In this document: positions 14,502 to 27,200 of the stretch, one piece after another
Layout: each line of letters starts with the position of its first letter
Numbering within the stretch: the first letter of the stretch is position 1
NCBI GenBank assembly: GCA_964016885.1
Contig: OZ024742.1
Coordinates: forward strand, 316,944,001-317,008,000
DNA from: Eledone cirrhosa
Lineage: Eukaryota
Length of the DNA: 64,000 bases
Reading direction: 5' to 3'
Translations under genes and position numbers: made by a program
The notes under the pieces: generated by a model
What the model was told of the DNA's origin: nothing
The model's input: only the letters and a program-made list of their open reading frames with translations
Database searches by the model: none

Positions 14502-14819
14502 AGTGAGGTTTTTTTACAAATGAAAAAAAAACGAGGTGTCCTACACGAGTGAAAGTATAAGGAAAAGAGATGAAATCGAAAATGCAACTGGAGTCTTTTT
14601 TAAAATAAAATATATATTTATTTGATTCCTTTACCGGTTTCGCAGTTCTTCTGCTTTTCAAAATTAGAATTGAGATGGAGGGTTTGTGATAAACCCTCAA
14701 TCTCAATTCTACTTTTGAAAAGCAGAAGAACTGCGAAACCGGTAAAGGAATCAAATAAATATATATTTTATTTAAAAAAAGACTCCAGTTGCATTTTCGA
14801 TTTCATCTTTTTTCCTTAT

Positions 14820-14822
<3 letters not shown>
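14497..14822 (-). mobile_element. Fold-back element with degenerate hammerheads
   Basis: Inverted arms ~14555-14665 and ~14713-14820; TTGAAAA-GCAG-AAGAA-CTGC-GAAAC-CG-GTA^AAG at ~14712-14746. Confidence 0.7.
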
Positions 14823-14865
<43 letters not shown>

Positions 14866-15070
14866 CGTGAAATTAATAAACATTCGTTGTACTGCCTCTC
14901 TGTTTTGTTCCTGTTCAAATTTTTCCATTATATATATATAATAATATATATATATATAATAGTATGTCAATTCCGTATATCTAATGATATACGGTATGTT
15001 TAATAAATATGTTTAATAAATAAAGCTATATATTGTAAGGCTAGCGCCATCTAGCGGATTCTAGGTACAA

Positions 15071-15111
15071 CTATCAATGCATATTTCTGGCTGTGGCCGT
15101 CTCCAGGACAG
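15071..15111 (-). ncRNA. Hammerhead-like motif inside an element with ~300-bp-spaced direct repeats (14961-15010 and 15262-15310)
   Basis: CTGTC-CTGGAGA-CGGC-CACA-GCCA-GAAAT-ATGC-ATT^GATAG; one core mismatch. Confidence 0.55.
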
Positions 15112-16081
15112 TGCTTCCCCTGCTCTCTTCTGGAACTTGAAACAAGCGAAAATATATAATTTTTTTGCCTATGTATATGGCCTGATTTGAATGTGGAGCT
15201 GTATAAGCTGGCTGAGCATGAAAGTAGATTAAAATTTCACTTCCGACATAACTGTATACATGTATGTGAATTTCGTATATCTAATGATATCCAGTATGTT
15301 TAATAAATAAACATTTGTACAGAGACTGACGGAAATATTACAGAGGCATTGAATTTTGTTTTAAATATTTCATGTAAGACTCATTTACACGTGTAATCAC
15401 TGTAAGACTCATTTCAACGTTATTCATTGAATAACAGTAGACTGAAGCTTTCTGGAACAGATTATGTAATTTGTTGGAATCCAGCGCACTGTGTGGAAAT
15501 ATGCAAACTCTCACAGATTTATGATGAAATTTTTTGTTGATTTGAAGCGATAGGGATTTGTGAGTGGGTATTTTGAAAGGTGACTAATCAGTGTGCTAAA
15601 TTTAGCAGGGGAATCTGAATTAACCTAACGGTCAGATCAGCGTGCTGGGTTCAGAATGTTACATGGAGACGAAGGAGAAAGAAAGAAAGATAGAAATAAA
15701 GGGAAGATAAAGAAAAAAGGGAGAAGAATAACAACAAAAACAAGAAAAATAAAAAGGAAACAGTAAAAGGGAAAAGAAAAAAGGAAGAAAAGAAGATAAA
15801 AAAGAAAGAGAAGTGAGAAAAGAAGGAAAACAAGAATAAAAAGAAAAAGAAGAAATCGAATTCGTTTAGCACTTTCCAAGGAATGAGACCTACGTTTTAA
15901 ATGCCAGTGACATGCCACATATCACCGTGGGGACCCTATGAATATAGACTATTTTGTGATATGTCAATCTAAATTCATCTCAAATCTATAATATAATAAA
16001 GGAAGGAGTGCGGGACAGTGTCCCGTTTTATATTTGTTTTATCCCGTTAGTAAAATAAGTTGGATTACTTTGAATAAATAA

Positions 16082-16270
16082 TTGTTTCTACTTTTGGCAC
16101 AAGGCCAGCAATTATCCCAGTGCATTACTGGTACTTTATTTTATCGACCCCGTAAGGATGAAAGGCAAAGTTAACCTCGGCGGGATTTGAACTCAGAATG
16201 GCAAGGGCCGTAACTCTATACGTCAACGCATGGCATCCGACCCTCTACCGATACTGCCAACCCACCACCC
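16082..16270 (-). mobile_element. tRNA-derived SINE with target-site duplication
   Basis: Flanked by TTTGAATAAATAA at 16069-16081 and 16271-16283; absent from the sister Helitron copy near 44290. Confidence 0.9.
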
Positions 16271-16704
16271 TTTGAATAAATAATGAATGAATATTATATA
16301 ATTTATCTCCTAAATTTTGTAACACATGATTAAACATAAATAATCTAACGTATTGCTTATTTCAAGATTCACGTCTTTAAAAGTTTCAAATTTCAACTTC
16401 TGGTATATCACCACCACCACTTCAACTACCATATATATATAGAGAGAGAGAGAGAGACAGAGGAAAAAGAAAGAGAGTGTTTGAAGAGAGAGATACAGAC
16501 GGATAGAGTGACTATGTGATATGTATATATATATATATATATTTACACATACACCAATTAAACAAAGTCACAGATATATATGTGTTTTGGCAACCATTCA
16601 CGATGTGGCTCAATGAAGAATTAATAAATTAAGAGTTGAAATGATGCATATATATTATCAAATAATTCTATGGACTTGCTTTACTTTATAGTATATATAT
16701 ATAC

Positions 16705-16939
<235 letters not shown>

Positions 16940-17099
16940 GAAGGTAGAGAGAAAGAGAAAAGGTGAAGAGATTAGGATTTTCAAACGCTGATACACAAAG
17001 GAAAGGGAAAGGAAAGACGGAATGAGAAAAACACATCTGGGACCACATACAACAAAAGGCAGGCGAAAGGGGTGGACAAACGAGCCGCTGCCAGAGCAA

Positions 17100-17260
17100 A
17101 CGATAACAATATTGCGAGGAACACTGGGAAACCTCTCATAATTTTCGAGGCAAGCCAGCACACTCGCACCCTTACCTCAGGTGATGGCGAGGCTGGGGTC
17201 CTGGAACAACCTAACGCCCTCACGAGCATCACCAGTTACCTCGGTTAGGCGAGCCGCCAG
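17100..17260 (-). pseudogene. CRE-clade non-LTR retrotransposon C-terminal fragment
   Basis: Minus frame reads [37 protein letters not shown], resembling the CRE C-terminal motif 'TGDPRE..FLFQRLS.AVQRGNAASVL'. Confidence 0.6.
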
Positions 17261-17261
17261 T

Positions 17262-17490
17262 GAAGACGTGTGGCTAGAATGTCTCAGGAAAGAATCGCTG
17301 GACAGATTTTATAGGCAAAACCAACCGGTAGGAGACCCCCAGGTAGACCCTGGGAAAGATAGTTGGATAACATCATTGGGATTCAGCTGGATCAGTTAGA
17401 GATGTTTGCTTCTGACAGACTCGCTGTGAGGAGTGTTTGAGGAGGATTCTGCCTCCATGACCTTCTTAGAAATAAATGGGTGAAGAAGAT
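17262..17490 (+). pseudogene. RTE-clade LINE 3' end
   Basis: Reads ..VARMSQERIAGQIL*AKPTGRRPPGRP; GAAGAAGA tail; homologous to 40055-40280 and 41630-41900. Confidence 0.75.
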
Positions 17491-18146
17491 ATTGTCAATT
17501 TTCTTTTCAATTTACATATCATATCTATATGCATATATATTTGTGTATAGTACTAATATGTATACTAGATATGCTAGCAGAAAACCGCCCGATTGGGCGG
17601 TTCCTCTGCTGGTAATATTAATTAGCTCTTGAGACTAACTCAATTAAGTAGAAGTAAATAACTAAATTTTATTATGGCTATGTACGTTATTATGGCTATG
17701 TACGTTAATGAGAAAAATACCGTCCGCTCGATAGAGATGCTTCTCTTGTTAACTCAAAGCCTCATCTACTACCTGTTATATTATATTGGTTTCAATCCTT
17801 CTGCAACAACACCTAAATACATTTCGTATCATCTGCCTTCTGTCACTTCATCGTTGCTATTCACCATTACAATTAGGTACTACGTTTCCAATCTTCCAAC
17901 CGAGAAAGTTCCAATTAAGGACCTGTATTATTGACTTTCACACACTATGGTATTATATCTGTGGCGACTATCAGTCTGCAAGTGTTTTTAATCTCTGTTG
18001 TCCTTTCTCAACATTTCACTTTCTTTCACTAGTTATGAGCATCCTATTAATAACTGTTTCGTTTGGTTAGCTTTTTTCGCACAAACCAATACATTTTTCT
18101 CTTACTAAGGTAAATTTCTTTCTTTTAAATATCAGGCTTCTTGTCC

Positions 18147-18347
18147 AGACCTGCCAACCTCTAAAATCCAATAGGGGGGGGGGGGAGTACCATGAAAAAC
18201 AATTCCCCAAAACGGGAAAAATTTAGGCAAAACAGGCAGATTTTACATAATGAAAGCTATACCCATTTTCACAAGAGAAGACATCTCTCATCCACAGCAA
18301 AGTGGCTAGGAGATCTCCACGTCCATCGGGGAGAATTGACGGGTCTA
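18147..18347 (+). mobile_element. MITE with AGACCTGCCAAC...TTGACGGGTCT terminal inverted repeats (hAT-like)
   Basis: Imperfect TIRs; second copy at 21667-21840. Confidence 0.6.
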
Positions 18348-18624
18348 CTTGTTTCACAAGATACAAATATCTAAATTCGCAAGATGCAATCCTGCATATT
18401 ACCGAAACTAAATCTTAGTAACTGAACAGTTTGTTTATCAAGTTCATAACGCAAACTGTTGCCTGATTTTAACTCGAAGCTTTTGGCAATACCTTCAATA
18501 GGATCGGTTCTGACAGAGCTGTTAGTACGTTAGCTAAAACGGTATTTGTAAAATGGTATTTGTTTCGGCTCTCTACAATTGGCGTTCTCACTCAGCCGAA
18601 CATTTTCATGTTTCCTATACATAT

Positions 18625-18825
18625 AATGGTTTCTTATATAGGCACAAAGCCAGCAATTTTGCGGGAGGAGAAAGTCGATTAAATGAGACTGGTACTTTAT
18701 TTTATCGACCTCGTAAGGATGAAAGGCAAAGTTAACCTTGGCGGGATTTGAACATAAAGGGCCGTAACTCTATGCTGCAAAGCATAATGTCCGACGCTCT
18801 ACCGATACTGCCAATCCACCACCAT
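18625..18825 (-). mobile_element. tRNA-derived SINE, dominant family
   Basis: Matches 1905-2098. Confidence 0.85.
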
Positions 18826-21666
18826 TCCTATTTTTATAATGAAGAAGTATACATCTTGAATAAATATACTTAAATTACGGCGTATGTAGCCAGTTTCTAA
18901 ATTTTATGGATTAATTTCAGAGTGTTACTTTAACTATATTTTGTGTTTTTGTAAGTCTGGGCTAAAATTATTTAGTCTACATTAAGCTGCAGGAAACCCA
19001 TCAGCTTCGAATTGTATTTATTGGTAACTTTCGGGAAATAAAAGAAAAAAACTTACATACTAAGGGCATGTAGAAAAATATTCTTCTGAAATATATTTTT
19101 AATGATAATGAAAGACCTGTTATATTTAGCTTATACACGCTTCACTTTTATAAAATAAAATAATAGAAACATTGCAAAGAGAATGAAATATGAGAATGAA
19201 TAAAATATCGTGCAAAACAAAGATAATTTTTAAACGAAAAATAACAGAAGTGATTCAACGAAAATACTAGAAGAGAGGGAAATATTCTGAAGTGGAATTT
19301 AATAACAAACTTCTTGCGAAGCCAAACAATACACAGTTGTTGGAAGGTTGATCGTTTATTTTCATTAATATTACTAGTATTACTCCTGAAATATTACTAG
19401 TACTACTCCGGACGATGGTGATGATATAGTTTATGAGGACGATGACGTCATTACTTCTGTTTTCCATCCATTTCCTCTTTCTTTATAACTAAACCACTTT
19501 ACCTAAATCTTGCCTTGATTTCCATATTTCTATATACGTCGTTGTTTTTTTTTCATCTACTTCATGGAATTTCACGTGCCTTCTCTCTCTAACCTTTCAT
19601 TTCTTCTTGTTCTTTTATTTACGTTCGCCTCCGCATTTCTTCCCGTTTATTTTTCGCATCATTATTACTATCCGGTTTTCTCGATCAGCAGCAGTAAAAA
19701 TATTAGCAACATCAGCAACAACAGCAGCATTAACGTAATAAACCTTATCATCCAAAATGTTTTCAAAAGCAATGCCATCCACATTGCCCCACCATAGAAA
19801 CCATTATTATTATCATTATGTTTTACTTCATTCACCTTCCACTTACTACTCTGCATTTTCCTACTTTCCACTGAATATTAAAAGTCAAGTGTTCTACAGC
19901 TTTCGTAGTTTAGTTTTCTCTAAAACCTTTGGTAAATCTGAGGAGAAAGTTGGCAAAAAGTGAAAAGATAATCCATATCGTTGGTTTATGTTCATCATTT
20001 TTTAACCGATTGTTCTTGTGCATCTTATAAAGCTCTAACGTGACATTTAAACATCTATTTTCGACTCTATTTCTATTTCAAGTGAAATAACAAACTCATT
20101 TGCAGGAGCATTTTATAGTGATGGCGCTAGAAATCTGAATAACCTCACAATGCGTGGAGAACGTGGAAAACTCTTTAAAATGAGAATTAAGTTGAGTCAC
20201 CTAGTGGCTGTTGAGCTCACGATTGTTATATCGAAGGTTAGATCCTCAGCTTATTTTATGTAGCATGGATAAACATAGCATACGGGTGTGTATGTGGGCG
20301 GGGGGAGCTTCTATCGGAGAATTATACAATTACCAAATTTCGGGAACGACGCTCGTTTAGTAGTAGTATAAAAAAAAGTATGTGTTAAATGTGTTGATGA
20401 GAGAGCACCCTCCAATAATCTAGATAGCTTTCATTTATATGCATTCGACGATATCAGTAATACTCTCCCAGATATTGGATCAATATTCCATTGATAGTCT
20501 CTCTTGATCTATGTAAAGAATAGAATCAATGTTGGGAGCAGAATAGTAGGCTAATCTTTAAGGGACAATCCTGGTTATATTATGAGATGATCTGTAATTA
20601 CGAGGCCTAAGAAACACTAATGAGTGACATAAGAAAGCAATATATCTGGTTTACTATAATCATATATGTAGTAACTCTGGAAGTAAATGGACGCATGTTG
20701 TTAGGGAAGGTGATTCATATCAAATGTTTGTATTACCTCTGAGATTGTGAAAAGAAGACTGATGCGTCAGGAGATGGATTCGTTAAAGTTCTTTTCCTTT
20801 GTCATATGTAGCATGTTACAATTGTTCAAGATATATCACTGTACTAAGAAATACGTTTAGGAATTTGGGGGGGGGGGGGGGGTAAAGGCTAGCTTCGGAG
20901 CCCACACTTTATATATAATAGATGTGATGCTATCAGTGTCGATGGCTTTGTTGATTTCAAATGACTGAATGGTTTTCTGCATGACTTATATGTGGTGGTC
21001 GCATTTTAGGCGTATAGAAGGTATATTTGTGTGGAGTTTTGTCTTGATTGTGTAATGTAGGATTAGATGCAACACAAGCATCAAATGTAAATTATTTTAT
21101 CTGCTGCAATATTTATTAAGTGTTATCTAGGTTGTGTAGTTGTGTGTATGAAGATTCTGGAAACCTCGCTGGAATCCGCTTGAGACGAATATTACGGGCT
21201 GCTATTAAAAGCGCCACAAGTTCGCGATCTGTGATCGTTTGATATTTGGGTACGGATTTGGCGTGAATGTAAGAGTCGTGAGAGGACATGCTTGAAAAAA
21301 GCGTTTCAGAATTTGGTGAATGTATTGTATTAGCAACGACCGGGTAGTTAGTCGCATTATGTTCACACATCTTTTGAAAAGAATTGTAAAATAAACAAAT
21401 ATTTCGGATACACAAAGGGAATATTTGAAAACTTTCCTGTTAAAATGTATTTATTTTTAAAGTAATTACTAAACTAACTTGAAGTAACTCATTACATCAA
21501 TATATAAGTATTCAATTTTCTCCCGTAATTGTGGTAAAGTTAATCATTTGACGTAAGTTAGTTAGATGCATTTATTAATTAGATTTTCTGAACAAGCTAT
21601 ATTTACAGTAGTGTTTACGCTCATCACTACATATATATGTTCACTATTCCATATTGACCATTTTCT

Positions 21667-21840
21667 AGACCTGCCAACCTCTAAAAACCCATACGGGTGG
21701 GGGTGGGGTACCAACTGCCCCAAAACGGAGAGATTTTGCATAATGAAAGCTATATTCATTTTCATAAGAGAGGATATATCTCACCCATCCCGAACCGGGT
21801 GGGAGATCTCCCCGTCAGACGGGAAGAGTTGATAGGTTTG
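21667..21840 (+). mobile_element. MITE, same family as 18147-18347
   Basis: TAGACCTGCCAACCTCTAAAA...GAGTTGATAGGTTTG. Confidence 0.6.
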
Positions 21841-22573
21841 ATATTCTTCAAATGTACATCTCGACAGACTGGGAGATGTTAAATACTCACAACATAATTA
21901 TATTGTATCGAGGGAGTGATAGAGTACACATTCTTAATACTGTTCTATTAGCAAGGTGTCATTTTTTCTATACATTTTATTCTTGTTATAAGACTTTAAG
22001 TAATATTAATTCTGACAAATGTGAATCAAGAATTATAACATCAAACTAAATACTAATAGTGCTATCTAAAGTGAACTTCAAAACACCGCGCTATTTTTCT
22101 AGCTTTCGACATACAAATTAACAACTATCTAAGGATTCACTATAAATTATTTTAGATCCCCTGTATATTTTCTTAGATGATTAGAGAATTAAATTTCTAG
22201 TTGGTATTAAACGAAAATTCTACAATTTCTATATGTATTACATTAGAAGTGGTCGTATTTCTGTTCGACTCGCTGAATAAAACTGACTACTTAACGAATT
22301 ACTGGTGACAGCTCGAAAGATTTTAAGAGGAAACAACTATAAACATTGATAAAATACTTTCACCTATTGCTTTCTTGTTTTCATCCTGATGAACATTGGT
22401 GCTTGTTCAATTTTCTTATAGTTAGTTTAAAGAGACACAACATACAAGTGTTTCTAATGTGTAGAAAGGTGTTTAAATATATATACAATTCCTGTTTGTT
22501 TATGCTTGTTTGTATGTTAATAATAAATGTATATGCGTATCGGGAGTGATCTGTCTCCGCACGAGTATGTATG

Positions 22574-22974
22574 TTCTTCTGGTTTTATAATTTCACAAAG
22601 TTTTGCCAATAGAGAGAGAGTCGGTTTCTAATATAGATACAAGACTCTCTCATTTGAATTTACACAACATCAACTAGGTAGATATGTATGTATGCATGTG
22701 TAGATATGGATGTTATTGTATGTGTGGATGTGGATGTTTTGAGTTGTATGTGTGCATGTGTATATGCTTTGTATCTGTACATGTGTATATGCAGTTATTA
22801 GATGCAAAATGTTTGGAATGTTTTACATATTTTTACTGTTCCATTAATGGATTGTACTTGTAGTTTCCTAACTAGTTGTGTTTTTTCTGTTCCTGTGAAG
22901 CCTAGCTTCTCAAGATTTGTATTGAGGCAGTTACTAACATATCCCAGTGCCCCAATAATCACAGGCATAAATCT
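22574..22974 (-). mobile_element. R4/Dong-type RLE non-LTR retrotransposon 3' end (short copy)
   Basis: Nearly identical to 23262-23675; encodes FMPVIIGALGYV...KICKTFQTFCI*; (CATA)n at both junctions. Confidence 0.8.
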
Positions 22975-23261
22975 ATGTATGTATGTATGTATGTATGTAT
23001 GTATGTATGTATGTATGTATGTATGTATGTACGTATGTACTTATGTGCGTATGTATGTATGTATGTATGTATGTATGTATGTATGTATGTATGTATGTAC
23101 GTATGTATGTATGTACGTATGTACTTATGTGCGTATGTATGTATGTATGTATGTATGTATGTATGTATGTATGTATGTATGTATGTATGTATGTACGTAT
23201 GTATGTATGTATGCATGTACGTATGTACGTATGTACATATGTGCGTATGTATGTATGTATG

Positions 23262-23858
23262 ATCTTCTGATTTTATAATTTCACAATTTTTTTGCCAATA
23301 GAGAGAGAGTCGGTTTCTAACATAGATACAAGATTGTCTCATTGGAATTTACAAACATCAACTAGGTAGATATGTATGCATGTCTGCATGCATGCATGTG
23401 TTTGCAGGTATGGATGTTATTGTATGTGTGGATGTGTACGTTTTGAGTTGTATGTGTGCATGCGTATATGCTTTGTATCTGTACAAGTGTATATTTAGTT
23501 AGATGCAAAATGTTTGGAATGTTTTACATATTTTTACTGTTCCATTAATGGATTGTACTTGTAATTTCCTAACTAGTTGTGTTCTTTCTGTTCCTGTGAA
23601 GCCCAGCTTCTCAAGATTTGTATTGAGGCAGTTACTAACATATTCTAGTGCCCCAATAATCACAGGCATAAATCTGAAGGTATAATCAGGGTGGAGTATC
23701 TGCAGATTTCGCATTAGTTCTGCATAAATATTCTCCTTTTCGCTAATCTTTGATATTATATTGGCATCTGCTGGGCAGCTAACTTCCACTACTGTGCATG
23801 CCTTCTTTTCTCTGTCCCATATCATTATATCTGGTCTGTTATACCTGCATTTTTTTTG
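23262..23858 (-). mobile_element. R4/Dong-type RLE non-LTR retrotransposon 3' end
   Basis: NRPDIMIWD..C.VVEVSCP....SEKENIY...PVIIGAL is a PD-(D/E)xK restriction-like endonuclease; 3' UTR; (CATA)n on both sides. Confidence 0.85.
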
Positions 23859-23894
23859 TACGTATGTATGTATGTATGTATTATGTGGGAGTCT

Positions 23895-24152
23895 CTGTGT
23901 GTGTGTATGTGTGTGTTTCAGTGTGTGTGCGCGCGCGTGTGTATGTGCTTGTTTACATCTGCCTAAGTAATGTGTAGATATTCATAATTGTTATATACAT
24001 AATTATATATTCATAATTGTTATATACATAGAAACATTTATGAATATCTACAACCAATATATTTATGTCCATCTATAGGTACACATTACTTAGGCAGATG
24101 TAAACAAGCACATACACACGCGCGCACGCACATAGAAACACACATACACACG

Positions 24153-24165
<13 letters not shown>
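23895..24165. repeat. Inverted duplication (fold-back)
   Basis: TGTGCTTGTTTACATCTGCCTAAGTAATGTGTA (~23944-23976) is inverted at ~24080-24112. Confidence 0.75.
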
Positions 24166-24214
<49 letters not shown>

Positions 24215-24215
24215 C

Positions 24216-24282
<67 letters not shown>

Positions 24283-27200
24283 TAAAGGACAAACAGAAAA
24301 GGAGAAAGCGAAAGAGGGGTGAGGAAAAAGAGAGGATCATATGAAAGCAAGAGCGAAGAAAACTATTGATAGAAAGATGTACAGACCAGACACAACCTAC
24401 ATTTTAGGAAATATGTTTTAAATAAATAAGCGTGTATTTTATTACAGGATCTATAAAATATACAATATAATTTTCACAAATGTTGATTCATTGTTTCATT
24501 TCTGTAGTCCTGCTGGCATTTCAGTTTTAATTCATTTGTAAAAGCAATCACAGTATTTTATTGAGCATTTAATCATAAATGATAATTCAAATATTGTAAT
24601 TGAATTTACATTATTGATAAAATGTAATTAAAACATATTATACGTAAATATTAATTATAATAATAAATCATGTTACATGATTTCACGCAACACTTTCAAT
24701 AGTATGTATTTCAAAAACATAATTAGAAGCGAACGGGATAAACATCAATACTTCGCCTACAAAATAAAAGAAAAGTGTTATCACTTAAATAATAGGAACC
24801 GAAAGCAATATACCATGATGATGCTGATCCACTATTGTTAATAATACACAACGAAAAGATTCAAAAACCTAGAAAGTCTACAAAAATATTAGATAATCGA
24901 GTCGTTTTACAATATGTGCTATCATAGAACAATAGAGATATGATCATGGTCGATGTAACAGGTACAGAGACGGGAAATGTTTGTTACAGGTTAAACTTTA
25001 AATGTGAAAAGAAAGCCAAGTTTAGTTAGTGTCTCTATAGTTTTTATAAAAGAATGTTGCGTTTGACATTACCTTTGGCAGAGAGTTCAGGATTCCAATA
25101 TGTTCCATTTATGTGCCTACAGCGTAGAGTGTTGAATATTGAACTGTTCAGGGAAAATATCTTCGTAGAATGTTGAAGATAGGCAGATATCTCCCAGGCA
25201 GCAGAAAAGCTGGTCGGAATATTTTCAATGTGGAGGGAGGGGAGTTATAGTACAATTATAACATCACGTATGTTATAACAAGAATAGAAGTTTGTTTTTC
25301 TAGTAAAGTAAGAATGACTCATGTTTCTTCTCCGTTAATCCTTTTAGTTTTATGCTATACAAAAAGGAATTATTTACTATAAGCTATTAGCATTTGGGCA
25401 TTTACTCTGCACTTCAAACATACCACGATTTCAAACCATAATCAATGAAATAAATTCCTTATTTTCGATTTCTAAATTACTCAATATTCTTCATTCTTGA
25501 ATATGAGAAAAACTCATTCAATTCAGATTCGCTTCTTGCATACGGAATTGAATATGTTCATTATAACGCGCCACCTTGCCTACAGAACAAATCCACATTT
25601 GTAAGACAGCTTATTTGCTATCAATTGTGAGCAAATGTCTAGAATGTTAATGTAAGAATCGTTTCAGAAACTAATCCTAAATCAGCCAGTTTCCAAATTG
25701 TCTCGTCCGAAAACATTGCAAATAATATTGCTGTTTAATTTCAGTTTTTAAATATCATAGCTATCCATTCAGTATTAAATTAGTTTGTCCGAGCCTATTT
25801 GTTCTGATAGATTAACTATTTCTATTTATTCTAAAATATTTCTGTGCCAAATCATTCAAATTTTATGGCACACGTAACTGATTTCAACGATAACATTTAA
25901 TGAAAAATTTGAAATTAGATACTAGAATGATGAGTACAGCTGAAAACTAAAGTTTATATGCTCTCCCTGTAAACTTTAAGTTAAAATGGCAAATACATAT
26001 ATGTTGAGGAATGGAAGCAGAAGGCGAAGTTTAGTGTTTCATCAGTTCATTGTTTTAGGTTGATTGAACATGATGAATCGATATAGTGACTAATCGATAA
26101 TAGTTATGTAACTCCATATTATTAGATTCGATACTACAGATCCATATCACCATCTTCCAGAAACAATGTACTAGAATCTTTATTTGTAAGATATAGTGGA
26201 GGGGGGAAATACATTAATTGGATACTGAACAAGGAATAAATAATACAATTCACACTCAAAGATGAAAAATACAGTAAAAAAAATAAATAAAATATCAATA
26301 AATCGCAAATTGAAATTTCTATGTTAGATTGCAACTTTAATAATATTCATTTAGAACTTTAGTAATCAGCGAAATACAACCATTGTGAAATGTAACCCTT
26401 TATTGGTAATATAAACTGACTAGGGAAGTGATAGAGAAACCAATCTTTGTCGCCTTGAAATGTTATTTTCAAAATTAAGTTTCCTATAATTTTAGTCTTT
26501 CAGCATAGTAAGCAAATGGAAATGTGAAAAGGTACATTAATAACATTCTTCGTTTGAATTTCCTCCTTTTCTTATTCGCAATTAAACCTGTTTTATTCAC
26601 TAAGTTCTGTCAAATTTTAGTATCTCTTTCCAGTCGCCTTTCACATTCGTACAAGCGCATATGTTCTTAATGTATTTAAGCACCCATCTGAACAACATTT
26701 CCACCCGAACAGGATTTTATACTTCAGATACAGTTTTTATCACCGAGTTTATTGTTATATAGCCTTGTATATTTGCATGGATCGTCTAGAAAAGGAAGCA
26801 GTGAACAACATATTCTAAATATATCTCAGTCTAGTTGTGATGTTATTTAAATTAATCTAGCATAAAACTTGGATTATCAGTTTACGCTAAATCTAACACA
26901 AACATTTCAATTATTGCAGGTTGCAAGGACTACAAGTGCTAGTCAATACATTGTCCTAAAACCTATTGTTATAAGAATAAATACGAAACCTATTTTGAAG
27001 ATCAATAGCTAGTTCTTCATTGGGAAGAGAGGAATCAATATAATGTTAAAAATCTTAAATATTATGTTGTTGACACCACAAATAAAAGCAACAGCAGTTA
27101 TCTCTGCATTCAACGTCGACAGAATCATCCAAACAGATTTGAAAGTATTGTGTTCGTTGTATTCTCTAGTTAAACTATTATCTAAAACACACTTTAAAAG

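Noticed and set aside
15637-15918. Hydrophobic F/L-rich ORF resembling a membrane protein
   Set aside because: Derived from an A/G-rich low-complexity tract.
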